From Verrucomicrobiota bacterium (GTDB lineage Bacteria; Verrucomicrobiota; Kiritimatiellia; RFP12; UBA1067): DNA of 62,218 nucleotides. Below, in pieces: positions 1 through 9,600 of this stretch. How positions within the stretch are numbered: position 1 is the stretch's first letter; each line of letters opens with the position of its first letter. The stretch is taken from the NCBI GenBank assembly GCA_022704145.1, contig JAKJGY010000002.1, forward strand, positions 1 to 62,218. Direction: 5' to 3'. A program made the position numbers and the translations under genes. The notes below the pieces were generated by a model. The model had not been told where the DNA came from. It did no database searches and saw only the letters and a list, made by a program, of their open reading frames with translations.

Positions 1-67
1 GAGGCTTGACCCCCTCTTTCCTCTCCCTTTTTCCCCGCCCCCCTTTTTTCCTCTGCCAATCACCCCC

Positions 68-89
68 GTTTTGCGGTATCCCGCAAAAC
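68..89. repeat. Perfect 9-bp-stem hairpin downstream of the LVIVD gene
   Basis: GTTTTGCGG-TATC-CCGCAAAAC. No U-tract follows it on either strand, so it is not a canonical intrinsic terminator. Confidence 0.6.
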
Positions 90-176
90 AAAAAAAGACA
101 GTTGCTCCAGATCGACATCGCAGTCGTGATCGTTCAGAACCTCGAAGACCACGCGGAAGGGCTCGTCGCAGTTAGC

Positions 177-2276
177 CTATTTTTGCAGCAGCACGCCCGC
201 GTAACCGCAGGGGATCACCACCTTGCCGGCATGGAAAGCGGCGATGTCGGGATTGCCGGAGAATTTCCAGGCGGCCAGCAGCGCGGGGCGCTCGACGTCC
301 GTGAAGTCGTAGAGCGCGGCGCGGCGCTCGATGCGGCTGGTGAAGACGACCCGCTTGCCGTCCGAGCGCGGAATGCCGCTGATCGCGTCGCTCCGTCCGT
401 CGCCAGGGAACGCCGCCGGTAGCTTGAGGATTTTCCATTTGCTTCCGTCCGCCGGATCGCCTTCACCGGGCCGGAGCAGCGCGTAGCCGCCGCTCGTGCT
501 GGCGATGGATAGCCCGTCGCGGAAGGTGCAAATCCCGTTCGAGAGGCTCAGCCGATTGACCGTCGTCTCAACGGTCTGACGCGGCGCGGGAAGGGCGGCG
601 AGGTCGAACCACTTGATCGAGGTGTTGGCGTTGTTGAACGCGAAATGACGCCCGTCGGGCGAGCTGTCCGCGAGGTACTTGTCCCACCCGGGGCAAGATC
701 CGCTGTGGAACGCGTGCTTGAATTTCGGCAACGCGCGGACGTCATACAGCTCGAACCCGCGGCGATCGGAACAGAACAGCCAGCCCGGCACGGCCGGCTG
801 GACATAGAGCGCCAGGTTCTTTTCGCCGGAGATTCTCGGCAGCCGCGCGACTTCCCTGAAACGCGCCGCGCCGTCCAGCTCGTATACGCCGAAGCCGTCA
901 TGTCCTTCGGCTGTGTAGAGGCGGCTTCCTTCCGCCTTCACATCGAACACTTTGTCATGCCCCGGCAACTTGGCAAGCTCCTTGAACCCGCCGCTATCCG
1001 GCAGGATTTGCAGGGCGTATAGGCCCGCGTCGCCGCAGGCGGCGTAGACGACGTCGCCCCGCACCGCGACGCCGCGCGCCTGGCCGACGTCGCGCGGTTT
1101 CCACACGTGCCAGGCGGACGCGTCCGCGGCATAAGGTTCGCGGAAGGAGGCGTTCTTGGGCGGCGCGCCGCGGTCGAAGGGTTCCGCTTTCGCTCGCGGA
1201 CACGGGATCGCGAAAACTCCCGCGCCGTTGACGGCCGCGTACACGGCGCCGTCGGCCACGGCCACGGACCCGACGCAGTCGCTCGGCCATTCTTGACGCT
1301 TCGGGTTCGGCGAAACCCAGCGGTCGAGCGTGCGGGGATTGGCTTTGTCCGAAATGTCCACGGCGAACACGCCGTTGTGCGTCTGGGCGGCGATCAGCAG
1401 GTTGCCGGACGTGCGGGGCGTCCACATGTCGAGCCCGCGCGCGTAGAACGGCGGATAGTCCACGCGGCCGACGCTCTTCGGATGCGCCGGATCCGCGACG
1501 TCGAAAATGTCGAGCCCGTGCCCCATGCCGCCGCCGTCGGCGGGGCCGCCGAAACGCTGCATCTCGGCGGTCATCACGCCGCCCGACACCTTGCGGTGCT
1601 TGGAATGGTGGCCCGTGGCGGCGTACAGGTACCGGCCCTGCAGCCACACGCCGTCACCGTAACCGTAGAGTTCAACATGGTCGGTCTGGCGGATGGCCTG
1701 CATGTCGTGTGCGTCGAAGACGGTGACGTGCCCCGTCCCCCAGTCGCCGGAATAGAGCCACCCGTCGCGGTAGACGACGCTCTGGGACTCGTCGGTCTTG
1801 CGCATCGCGATGTGGCGCGGCTGGTCCGGATCGGAGACGTCGATGAACTCCACGCCGTTCTGGCGCTGGCCGAGGAAGCAGACGTCGCCCGCGACGTCCA
1901 CGCCGGTCGCGAGTTCGCAGCAGTCGAAGCGGGAGCGGATGTGCGGCGCCTGCGGCTGCGTCGCGTCGACGATCCACAGGCCGTATTCGCGCGTGGAAAC
2001 ATACGCCATGCCCTTTTGCACGGCGATCTGGCGGACTCCGCCCAAGCCGTCCACCTCACCGAGCTTCCGCGGCGCGAGCGGTTTCGAGACGTCATAGACG
2101 TACAGCAGCGAACCCGCGCCCGCGTACAGCCTGTCGCCTTCGAGGCACAGCGCCATCGCCTTGTCGCCGATGCCCTCCACGCGGAACGCCTCGCCGAAGA
2201 CCCTGACGTCCTCGGCCTGTGCCGCAGCCAGCAACGCAAACGAAAACGCAAGCAACAGCGGCCCTTTAGCTTTCAT
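177..2276 (-). CDS. Secreted LVIVD-repeat (beta-propeller) protein
   Basis: Signal peptide MKAKGPLLLAFSFALLAAAQA and SD AGGAG. Repeated LVIVD-like units (LYVYDVSKP, LWIVDATQP, VEFIDVSDP, LDIFDVADP, VFAVDISDK). Start moved from 2348 to ATG 2276. Confidence 0.75.
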   Translation of the reverse strand: MKAKGPLLLAFSFALLAAAQAEDVRVFGEAFRVEGIGDKAMALCLEGDRLYAGAGSLLYVYDVSKPLAPRKLGEVDGLGGVRQIAVQKGMAYVSTREYGLWIVDATQPQAPHIRSRFDCCELATGVDVAGDVCFLGQRQNGVEFIDVSDPDQPRHIAMRKTDESQSVVYRDGWLYSGDWGTGHVTVFDAHDMQAIRQTDHVELYGYGDGVWLQGRYLYAATGHHSKHRKVSGGVMTAEMQRFGGPADGGGMGHGLDIFDVADPAHPKSVGRVDYPPFYARGLDMWTPRTSGNLLIAAQTHNGVFAVDISDKANPRTLDRWVSPNPKRQEWPSDCVGSVAVADGAVYAAVNGAGVFAIPCPRAKAEPFDRGAPPKNASFREPYAADASAWHVWKPRDVGQARGVAVRGDVVYAACGDAGLYALQILPDSGGFKELAKLPGHDKVFDVKAEGSRLYTAEGHDGFGVYELDGAARFREVARLPRISGEKNLALYVQPAVPGWLFCSDRRGFELYDVRALPKFKHAFHSGSCPGWDKYLADSSPDGRHFAFNNANTSIKWFDLAALPAPRQTVETTVNRLSLSNGICTFRDGLSIASTSGGYALLRPGEGDPADGSKWKILKLPAAFPGDGRSDAISGIPRSDGKRVVFTSRIERRAALYDFTDVERPALLAAWKFSGNPDIAAFHAGKVVIPCGYAGVLLQK

Positions 2277-2305
2277 CGTTCGTTCTCCTATCCCTCGGTT
2301 CTTTA

Positions 2306-3217
2306 TCATTCCTGGCCTTCCCATCGAGCGGCGATGGCCTGGGTCCAACGGTTGTTGAGAAGGCAGTTTTCACGGCGCGGCACGGACTCTTCAGTGTCGG
2401 GGAGACCGCTGAGCGCAAGCGTCAGGCCGGAGGCCAGCCGTTCTGCTGCGGCGCGGCCGTGCGGCTTGTAACGCGACAGCCCCCACGGGTGCAGGTAGAC
2501 CAGCCGGCAACGGGGTATCGCCGCCGCTTCGCGCGCCACCCGACGTTCGCCCGGCGAAATGAACCCGCCGATGAGCACCGCGCCCTCGCGGGCCAGCGCG
2601 AGTAACCGCGCGACCTCCGTCTCCAGTTCCACGCCTTCCAGCCGCCGGGAAATAACGACCGGTTCCAGCCAAGGATAGTCCAGCAGGGTACGGTCGCCGT
2701 AGGCGGTCCAACGTGTTTCAGGCGGCAGGCGCGGGTGGACCACATCTGTTTGCTTGGCGAACCATTGCGGGTTGTCGTGCCGGAGTTGCCAACGGCGCGG
2801 GTTGTCACGCACATAATCGGCAAAGGCGTTGAATGTCGCGGGGGTGAAGGCGACATAGTCGTGGAAGCCGTCCTCCCATACGTCCAGCGTCGGCGCGTTT
2901 TTCAGCCGCCGGATGGCCTGACGGGAGCGGGCCTTCATCCGTTCGACAATCTGGGGAAGCGAATAATGGGCGCTTCCTTTGCAGACCAAGATTCCGTGAA
3001 AGTGGTCGGGCATCACCACGTTCACCCGGAGGCTGTAGGCCGGATCGTCAGCAGGTATGCGCTGCCACGCCTCCACAACCGTTCTGCCCTCTGGGAATAG
3101 CCGGATCTGTCCAGCCCTGATCTCCGACAGAAGAGCACGGCGCGGCGCGGTGGCGAACGTGACGAAGTAATAGCCCTCGCCGCGGTAGTCATGGTTTTTC
3201 AGACGGGCAAAGTGCAT
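2306..3217 (-). mobile_element. HUH Y1 transposase-like nuclease (RAYT/TnpA-REP type) with C-terminal DprA/SLOG-like domain
   Basis: RAYT-like N-terminus (RLKNHDYRGEGYYFVTFAT), HUH motif VVMPDHFHGIL and catalytic-Tyr helix FADYVRDNP. About 130 aa extra C-terminal domain (YGDRTLLD..VVISRR..GGFISPGE). Start set at ATG 3217. Confidence 0.75.
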
Positions 3218-3356
3218 GGCATTAGCCCAGGCCGGACGTGAACGCCCAGTTTCCGCCACGCCAAGAAGACTTGCCGTAGCGGATCGCGGCGGTTCACCGA
3301 CGCACATCCCTGTGAGTGGTGCCGCTCGTTTGGAATCGTTATCAGTCGTCCGAGCC

Positions 3357-4583
3357 CTACTTGACGCGGCCGGTGTAGGCGTCGGCGCCGGAGTTGTCGA
3401 TCGCGGTCTTGAAGAACTTGTCCTCGGCCGCTGTACGCGCCTTGTCCCAAGGGCGAGGATTTCCGCAAAGCTGCACGGCCCAGAGCTTCAGCTCCTTGCG
3501 GTGCCAGTTGACCATGCAGTTCGTACCCCACGCGCCGCCATGTCCGAACCAGGCGTCCTCCGTGTCCTCTTCCGGCGCGGAGAGTCCGAGAGAGTAGCCG
3601 CCCAGACCTTTCGGACGCGTCGATTTCGCGAGGAGTTCCTTGACCGTTTCCTCCTTGAGAATCCGCACGCCGTTCTCGCCCACGCCCAGGTTCATGAGCA
3701 TCTTGTAGAACTTGAGCTGGTCGTTCGCGGTCGTCCAGAGCCCCGCGCCTGCCGACGCGAAGACATGCGCGTCGTTGTAGGGGCGCTGCTGCATCTCGTT
3801 CTGCAGGCGATATTTCGCGGGCGCGTCCTTCACGCAGTCGTACATCTCCACCTGTGTCTTGAGCTGCTTGTCGGTCGGCCAGAACGAGGTGGACACCATG
3901 CCGAGCGGAGCGAGGACGCGCTCTTTGAGGAAGTCCTCCCAGCGCTGGCCGGTCACCACCTCGACCACGGCCGCGCCGATGTCGATGCCAGTGTTGGAGT
4001 ACTGCGTCTTGGTGCCGGGCTCGAAGAGCAGCGGGCACGCGGCCGCGATCGCCGCGGTCTGCCGGAGCGGAGCGCCGCCTGACCAGCCGCCGCCCTTGAG
4101 GTTACCCTGCTTCGCGCAAATCTCGAACGGGAACCCGCCGGTGTGGTTCATGGCCATGCGGACGGTGAGCGCGTTCTTCGCCAGCACGAGCCGCTTCACC
4201 CCGTTCGAGGTGGACTCGTGAACCCAGAGGTCTTTGAACTCCGGCAAGTACTTCGACACGGGATCGTCGAGCGAGATCTTACCTTCCTCGACGAGGATTG
4301 CGATCGTCACGCCACAGAAGCCCTTGGTCTGCGAGCACTGCATGAAGACGTCGTCCATGGTGATCGGACGTTTTGCGGTAACATCTGCGTAACCGACGCA
4401 GGCGACCTCCTGCAGGCCGTCCTTGTAGAAGACGTTGACCGCGCCCGGAAGCTGTCCGTTCTCGACGAATGGCGCGAGCGCGTCCTTCGCGAACGTTGTT
4501 TTCGAGTTCTTCGGCCCGTTGCCGACTGTGCTGCATCCCGAGAGTATCGCCGCGACGGCGATAAGCATCATCTGTTTCTTCAT
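3357..4583 (-). CDS. Serine hydrolase, beta-lactamase/class C-like family lipoprotein (probable esterase)
   Basis: SxxK (SQTK), YSN and GHGG motifs; lipobox ILSGC. Confidence 0.85.
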   Translation of the reverse strand: MKKQMMLIAVAAILSGCSTVGNGPKNSKTTFAKDALAPFVENGQLPGAVNVFYKDGLQEVACVGYADVTAKRPITMDDVFMQCSQTKGFCGVTIAILVEEGKISLDDPVSKYLPEFKDLWVHESTSNGVKRLVLAKNALTVRMAMNHTGGFPFEICAKQGNLKGGGWSGGAPLRQTAAIAAACPLLFEPGTKTQYSNTGIDIGAAVVEVVTGQRWEDFLKERVLAPLGMVSTSFWPTDKQLKTQVEMYDCVKDAPAKYRLQNEMQQRPYNDAHVFASAGAGLWTTANDQLKFYKMLMNLGVGENGVRILKEETVKELLAKSTRPKGLGGYSLGLSAPEEDTEDAWFGHGGAWGTNCMVNWHRKELKLWAVQLCGNPRPWDKARTAAEDKFFKTAIDNSGADAYTGRVK

Positions 4584-4605
4584 CTGCTATTCCTTGCTTG
4601 CGTGT

Positions 4606-6372
4606 TTACTTGTTGAATCCCTTGTGATTCATGAATTCCCAGATGCGTCCCATCCAGGTATAGCTGCCCGTGCCCGGGGCGGCCTTGCGCTGGAAGCAGT
4701 GATTGCGTGTGGCCAGCGTGTGGAGGTCAGACTGGAGGCCCATGCGGCGGAGCTGCTCCCAGCACTTCACCGAATTCATCGCCGCCCAGCCGTCCGCATC
4801 GCCGTGTATGAAGAGGACGGGGCACGTCGCGAGGTCGAACGAGAACTCCGGGACGGGCCGCGCGTCGTCCTCGTTTCCACCGTTCTTGTTCCCGGAATCC
4901 GCGCCGTCCGTGAGCGCGTACGCCGGGTAGATCGCGACGGCCCATTGCACGCTGCAGGGGAGCTTGTCGAGGTCGTCGATCGGCGCGTAGGCGCGGCGCT
5001 TCGAGCTGGTTGCGCCCATGAGTGTCAGGTGTCCACCGGCCGAGGAGCCCATGATGCCGATACGGTCGGGATCGAGCCCCCTGGCCGCGGCCTGGCTGCG
5101 GACGATCCGGACGGCGCGCTGCAAATCCTGCCACGCCGTCGTGTGCTTGGCCAGTCCGCCCTGCGGACGCGGCGTGCGATATTTCATCGTCACGACCGTC
5201 ATGCCTTTCTCGTTCAGGTAGCGCCGCGTCGGCGCGACTTCGAAACCGTCCGGATTGTTGCCGTTATAACCGCCGCCTGAATAGATGATCTGTATGGCCT
5301 TCGTCTTGAGTTCCTTCGGCAGGTGCCACTCAAGATAGGGCAGGCACTGGTTCGTCTGCGCGTCCGGCATCTTGCCCTCAGGCCAGACCGGTTGCTTGAA
5401 GGTTTCGCCGCGAGCGTCGTCGTTCGGATACCGGGCCATCAGGTCGACCTCCTCGCCGAGGCGCCCGTCATAATTCATCTGGCGCAGGTACTCGGCGATA
5501 CGGTCGAGCCAATGGTCGTAGGCGGTCCCGTCCTCGCCTTTGCCCGGGTCGCCCATGAAACCGTGACCGCGGTCCGCGAAAAGGTGGAGTTCGGCCGGGA
5601 TCTTCATCCGGCGGAGCTGGCGGTAGATCTGCGTGGAGCCGTTCGGCGAATAGATGTCCGTCCCGCCGTGGAAAAGCGCCATCGGACAGGTCTTGGCGTC
5701 GAACTTGAACACGTCCGAGAGCTTCACGTCGATCGCGTCGCCGTCACGCGTGTTGGGGCCGGCGAGCCCGTCCGTGAGCGCGTAGGCGGTGTAGATCGGC
5801 ACCGCCCAGTTGATGTGGCACGGAAGCTGGTCGAGGGTGTCGACCGGCGCGTACGCCGGCGTGAGCGCGCTCGTCGCGAGCAGGACCGTCAGGTGCGAAC
5901 CGGCGGAGAAGCCGAACGCGCCGACCTTCTCCGGGTCGAAGCCGCGCTTCGCCGCCTCGCCGCGCACGAGGCGGACGGCGCGCTGCCCGTCCTGCCACGC
6001 GCTCTGGTAGATCGGCAGCCCCTGCGGGCGCGGCGTGCGGTAGGTGAGGCTCACGCAGACGAACCCGAGGTCGAGCATCCTCTTCGCGACCCGTTCGATC
6101 CATACCCCGTCGCAGCAGTTCTGATAGCCGCCGCCGGAGATGAGCAGCATGCAGGCGCCGTTCTTCTCCGCAGGCGCCTCATACCAGTCGAGATACGGCA
6201 TCACATGTTCCGCGGCCTGGAAGCCCGGCGCCTTCGCCTCCTGGGTGGTCGCCGCGAGCTGCTGGGGTTGGAAATCCGGGATCTTGCCTTCCGGCCACAG
6301 CGATACCCGCTCCCCGGCGAACGCCAGAACGGAGACGGCCAAATATGAAACGAGAACCAAACACTTATTCAT
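4606..6372 (-). CDS. Secreted tandem alpha/beta-hydrolase (two acetyl-esterase-like domains)
   Basis: Two homologous halves with GFSAG and GSSAG nucleophile elbows, HGGTD/HGDAD and HGF/HCF. Signal peptide from ATG 6372. Confidence 0.85.
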   Translation of the reverse strand: MNKCLVLVSYLAVSVLAFAGERVSLWPEGKIPDFQPQQLAATTQEAKAPGFQAAEHVMPYLDWYEAPAEKNGACMLLISGGGYQNCCDGVWIERVAKRMLDLGFVCVSLTYRTPRPQGLPIYQSAWQDGQRAVRLVRGEAAKRGFDPEKVGAFGFSAGSHLTVLLATSALTPAYAPVDTLDQLPCHINWAVPIYTAYALTDGLAGPNTRDGDAIDVKLSDVFKFDAKTCPMALFHGGTDIYSPNGSTQIYRQLRRMKIPAELHLFADRGHGFMGDPGKGEDGTAYDHWLDRIAEYLRQMNYDGRLGEEVDLMARYPNDDARGETFKQPVWPEGKMPDAQTNQCLPYLEWHLPKELKTKAIQIIYSGGGYNGNNPDGFEVAPTRRYLNEKGMTVVTMKYRTPRPQGGLAKHTTAWQDLQRAVRIVRSQAAARGLDPDRIGIMGSSAGGHLTLMGATSSKRRAYAPIDDLDKLPCSVQWAVAIYPAYALTDGADSGNKNGGNEDDARPVPEFSFDLATCPVLFIHGDADGWAAMNSVKCWEQLRRMGLQSDLHTLATRNHCFQRKAAPGTGSYTWMGRIWEFMNHKGFNK

Positions 6373-6384
6373 GACGGCATTGTA
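6373..6384 (-). promoter_or_regulatory. -10 box (TACAAT) 6 nt upstream of the esterase ATG; probable leaderless transcript
   Basis: TACAAT at 6384-6379, then GCCGTC, then ATG. No SD; -35 is weak. Confidence 0.45.
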
Positions 6385-6527
6385 GCGAATCCCGCTGGTG
6401 CCGACACTCAAAATGTCAGCTTCTGGGGCATCGGTCCGCGGCGGGAATTCTTGGGAAGTCAGCCCGTTACTGAAGCCGCTCTGCAACAGGCCGGATATAC
6501 ATGCGCGAAAAGATGAAAAATGATACG

Positions 6528-6566
6528 TATAACATCTATCGACAGGTTACTGGACTTGGTTATACT
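6528..6566 (+). promoter_or_regulatory. Promoter with conserved 19-bp motif overlapping -35 (copy 1)
   Basis: TATAACATCTATCGACAGG at 6528-6546; TCGACA-N16-TATACT. Confidence 0.6.
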
Positions 6567-6637
6567 GGATGGCACAGGCGTGCCTTGAACCACAGCGGTA
6601 CAGGCAGGTGTCCCGTTTATGACGAGGAGTGTTTGAG

Positions 6638-9600
6638 ATGCATTCAGCGCGGTGGAACTGGCTGGGGCTGCTGGCGGCGGCCGCCCTCTCGGCGGGCGGG
6701 GGGACGGCAAACTTTCAGGCCACATGGCCGACGGCGACCGGAAGTAAGACCGCTGACTATCGGATCTACACGCCGCCCGCAGCCGCTGTGCCCCGTATCC
6801 GCGGCGTGGTCTTCCTCTATCCCGGCAGCGGCGGCGACTGGCGCTTCCGCGCCGACGACACGGTCTGGCAGGAGGCGGCCCGGTCGCTGGGGTGCGCGCT
6901 GGTCGGCGCGGGTTCCAACGCGGGTTACACCAGTATCTCGGAAACCGAAGCGCGCGCCTCGGTCGAGGCGATTCTCGCGGCGGCCGCGGCCGCGGCCGCC
7001 CCGAGATCGTCAACGCGCCGCTGCTCTTCACCGGCTTCTCCCTCGGCGGCTTCGTCTCCACCGAGATGGCGAACGACGTCCGCGAGCGCGTCGTCGCCTG
7101 CGTGCCGCAGCGCGGCAGCAGCGCCTTCAGCTCGAGCCAGCCGGCGGCCACGCGGCAGGTGCCGGTGCTCTTTATTCCAGGCTCGCTCGACTCGAACGGG
7201 CTGACCAGCCCCGCCGTCACGGACGGGATCTTCGAGGTGTGGCGGGGCGAGGGGGGGCGCTCGGCCTACGCCATGGACTGGCTGACGGGCCACGACACCT
7301 TCGTGAATCAGGGCTGGTCCCTGGCCTGGGTCTGGCTGGCCGAGTGCCTGGCGCGGCGCTATCCGGCCGGCGTGCCGAGCGTGGAACCGGGGAACCCTGT
7401 CGCGCTGGCCGACATTCCGCTGGAGTCGGGATGGCTGGGCTACAGGCCGTACACGACCTCGTCGAGCGGGCAGGACACCCGCGCCCACGTCGACATCGCG
7501 CCGTACGCGTCTTACACGGGCGCCGTTGCCGCCGCTTCCTGGCTGCCCAGCGAAGCTGCGGCCCGCGCGTACCAGGCGCTTACTTCCTGTGACGGCGTGA
7601 CCACGCGCGGCGAGATCCCGCTGCAGGGGCCGGTGGCGATCGTCGGTGCCGCCCGGCCGGGCGACGAGATCCAGCCGGGGCAGACGAACCCGCCCCAGCT
7701 CGCCGTGCTGCCGGTCGGCGAAGCCTTCGACATCGAGGTCGACCCTCGCGGCTTCGGCCGTGAGGAGGTCACCCTCGCGCCGCTGAACCTGCTGGCCAAC
7801 GGCGACTTCTCGCAGTGGTCCTCCGGCCAGCCGTCCGGCTGGATCTGCGGCAATGCGGCGAACATCAGCCAGGGGCCCGACCTCGGCGCCTCCGGCGGCT
7901 CCGTTGTGCTCCGTGACAAGGCGAGCCTCAGCCAGTCCTTCGCGCCCGTGGCGACGAACTTTCAGCTCCGCTTCGCCTTTACCGTCAATCTGACCCCCGG
8001 CAGCAACACGTGGAACCAGCCGCTGATCGTTAACCTCTTCCAGGCCAATCAGGCCACGAACGCCTCCTCGCCCTGGCTCACCTTCCGCTTCACGGCGCCC
8101 GACGTGGCGACCGGGCCCTTCACGGCCAGTGTCTTCACCGACAACTCGAGCGCGGCCGCCCTCTCCAGCGCGGCTGTCGCCGGCTCGACCTACGACTTCG
8201 TCGCTGGCGCCTTCACCAGTGGGCCCTTCAAGTATGAGTTTGTCCTGAACTACACGGCGGCCAGCGACAGCTACTCCGTGAGCTACGGGCCGGCCGGCGG
8301 CGCACTGTTCAGCACGGGCGCGCTGCGCCTCTTCCGCAATCCGACCAACCGGGCTTTCGGCGGGCTCCAGAGCTTGCAGTACTACGCCTACGTCAACGGC
8401 GCCGCGCTCGACGACGTGCGCCTCTCGGTGATCGAGACGCAGACGCCGCCGATCGCCTCCGTCTCCTACTACGACGGCGACCAGTTGCTGGGCGTGCAGA
8501 CCGAGCCCGGCCCCGGCGGCTGGAAGCTCTCCCACACGCTCGCCTCGCGCGGCATCCACGGGCTGACCGTCGTGGCTGCGGATCCGTTCGGCACCCGCAC
8601 CTCGGCCTTCCGCACCGTGGTCGCGGCGGAGACGCTCCCGCCGGGCGTCACCCATTACCGCTTTGAGCGCTCGCCCGGCTTCAAGACCGACCAGTACGAT
8701 CTCCTGAACCTCTCCTCCAACGCGACGACCGGCACCGGCCCGAAGCAGACCGCGCTCGCCGCCACCGGCGCGGGCGCGAGCTTCCCGCGTCTCTTCGGTT
8801 TCGGCGGCGGCACGAACGAGCACGCCGCGCGTTTCGCCGCCGCCAGCGGCGACGTCTTCACCTGCGCTGACAGCCCGCTGCTGCCGTCCGACACCACGCC
8901 CTTCACGGTCGAGGCGTTCGTGAACCTCGCTTCCGGCGGCGCGGGCGGCACCTTCCGCACGCTCGCCGCGCACGGCACCGGCTCTACCGGCAGCACGCTG
9001 GCCTGGCAGCTCGTGGTCACCGGCGAAGGCTCGGGGCAAGGGCCGCGCCGCCTGGTCCTGCAGTTCTGCGGCGCCGCCGGCGGCATGCTCGACACCGTCA
9101 ACTCCGGCTTCGAGCTGCAGACGAACACCGACTACTACGTCGCCGCCGTCCTCACGCCGACGAACACCAGCGCCTCGGGCATCACCTTCTACTTCAAAAA
9201 CCTCACCGTCGGTGGCGCGCTGCAAGCCTCCAGCCGCACGCACACACAGACGGCGGTCACGAATATCGCGGCCGCCTTCGCCGTCGGCAACCGCTACGAC
9301 CGCGGCACGGGCTGGGACGGCCTGATCGACGAGTTCCGCCTCACCGCCCGCGCGCTCACGGCCGACGAGCTGCTCATCAGCGCGTTACCCGCTCCGGCCG
9401 TGCCCGGCTGGGTCGCGGCGGACGATCCGCGTATCGCCTACTCCGACTACGTCCGCAAGAGTGTCGTGGCCGCGCCCTTCGACGCGTCCGTCGCATTGGC
9501 GCGCTTCGACCGCCTGCTGCCGGTCGCCGGTAAGGGTTATGAGTGGGACAATCCCGGTGCGCGCGTCCGTTTCCGCACGGACGCCACGAACGCGCAGGCC

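Noticed and set aside
8-55. Polypyrimidine tract at the window edge
   Set aside because: Context is truncated; cannot distinguish promoter, IS end or low-complexity sequence.
60-176. Open, codon-biased reading after the LVIVD stop (TAG-ANCDEPFRVVFEVLNDHDCDVDLEQLSFF..) suggesting a tmRNA tag or readthrough
   Set aside because: It does not end in an ALAA-type tag, has no tRNA-like ends and has no start codon. At most a gene remnant.
6925-9243. Long antisense or alternate-frame ORFs (e.g. 6925-9243, 9543-11450, 17610-19340, 22623-24782, 34156-35865, 58372-60480)
   Set aside because: Shadow ORFs expected in high-GC coding DNA. They are Arg/Ala/Gly-rich with no motifs and overlap well-supported genes.
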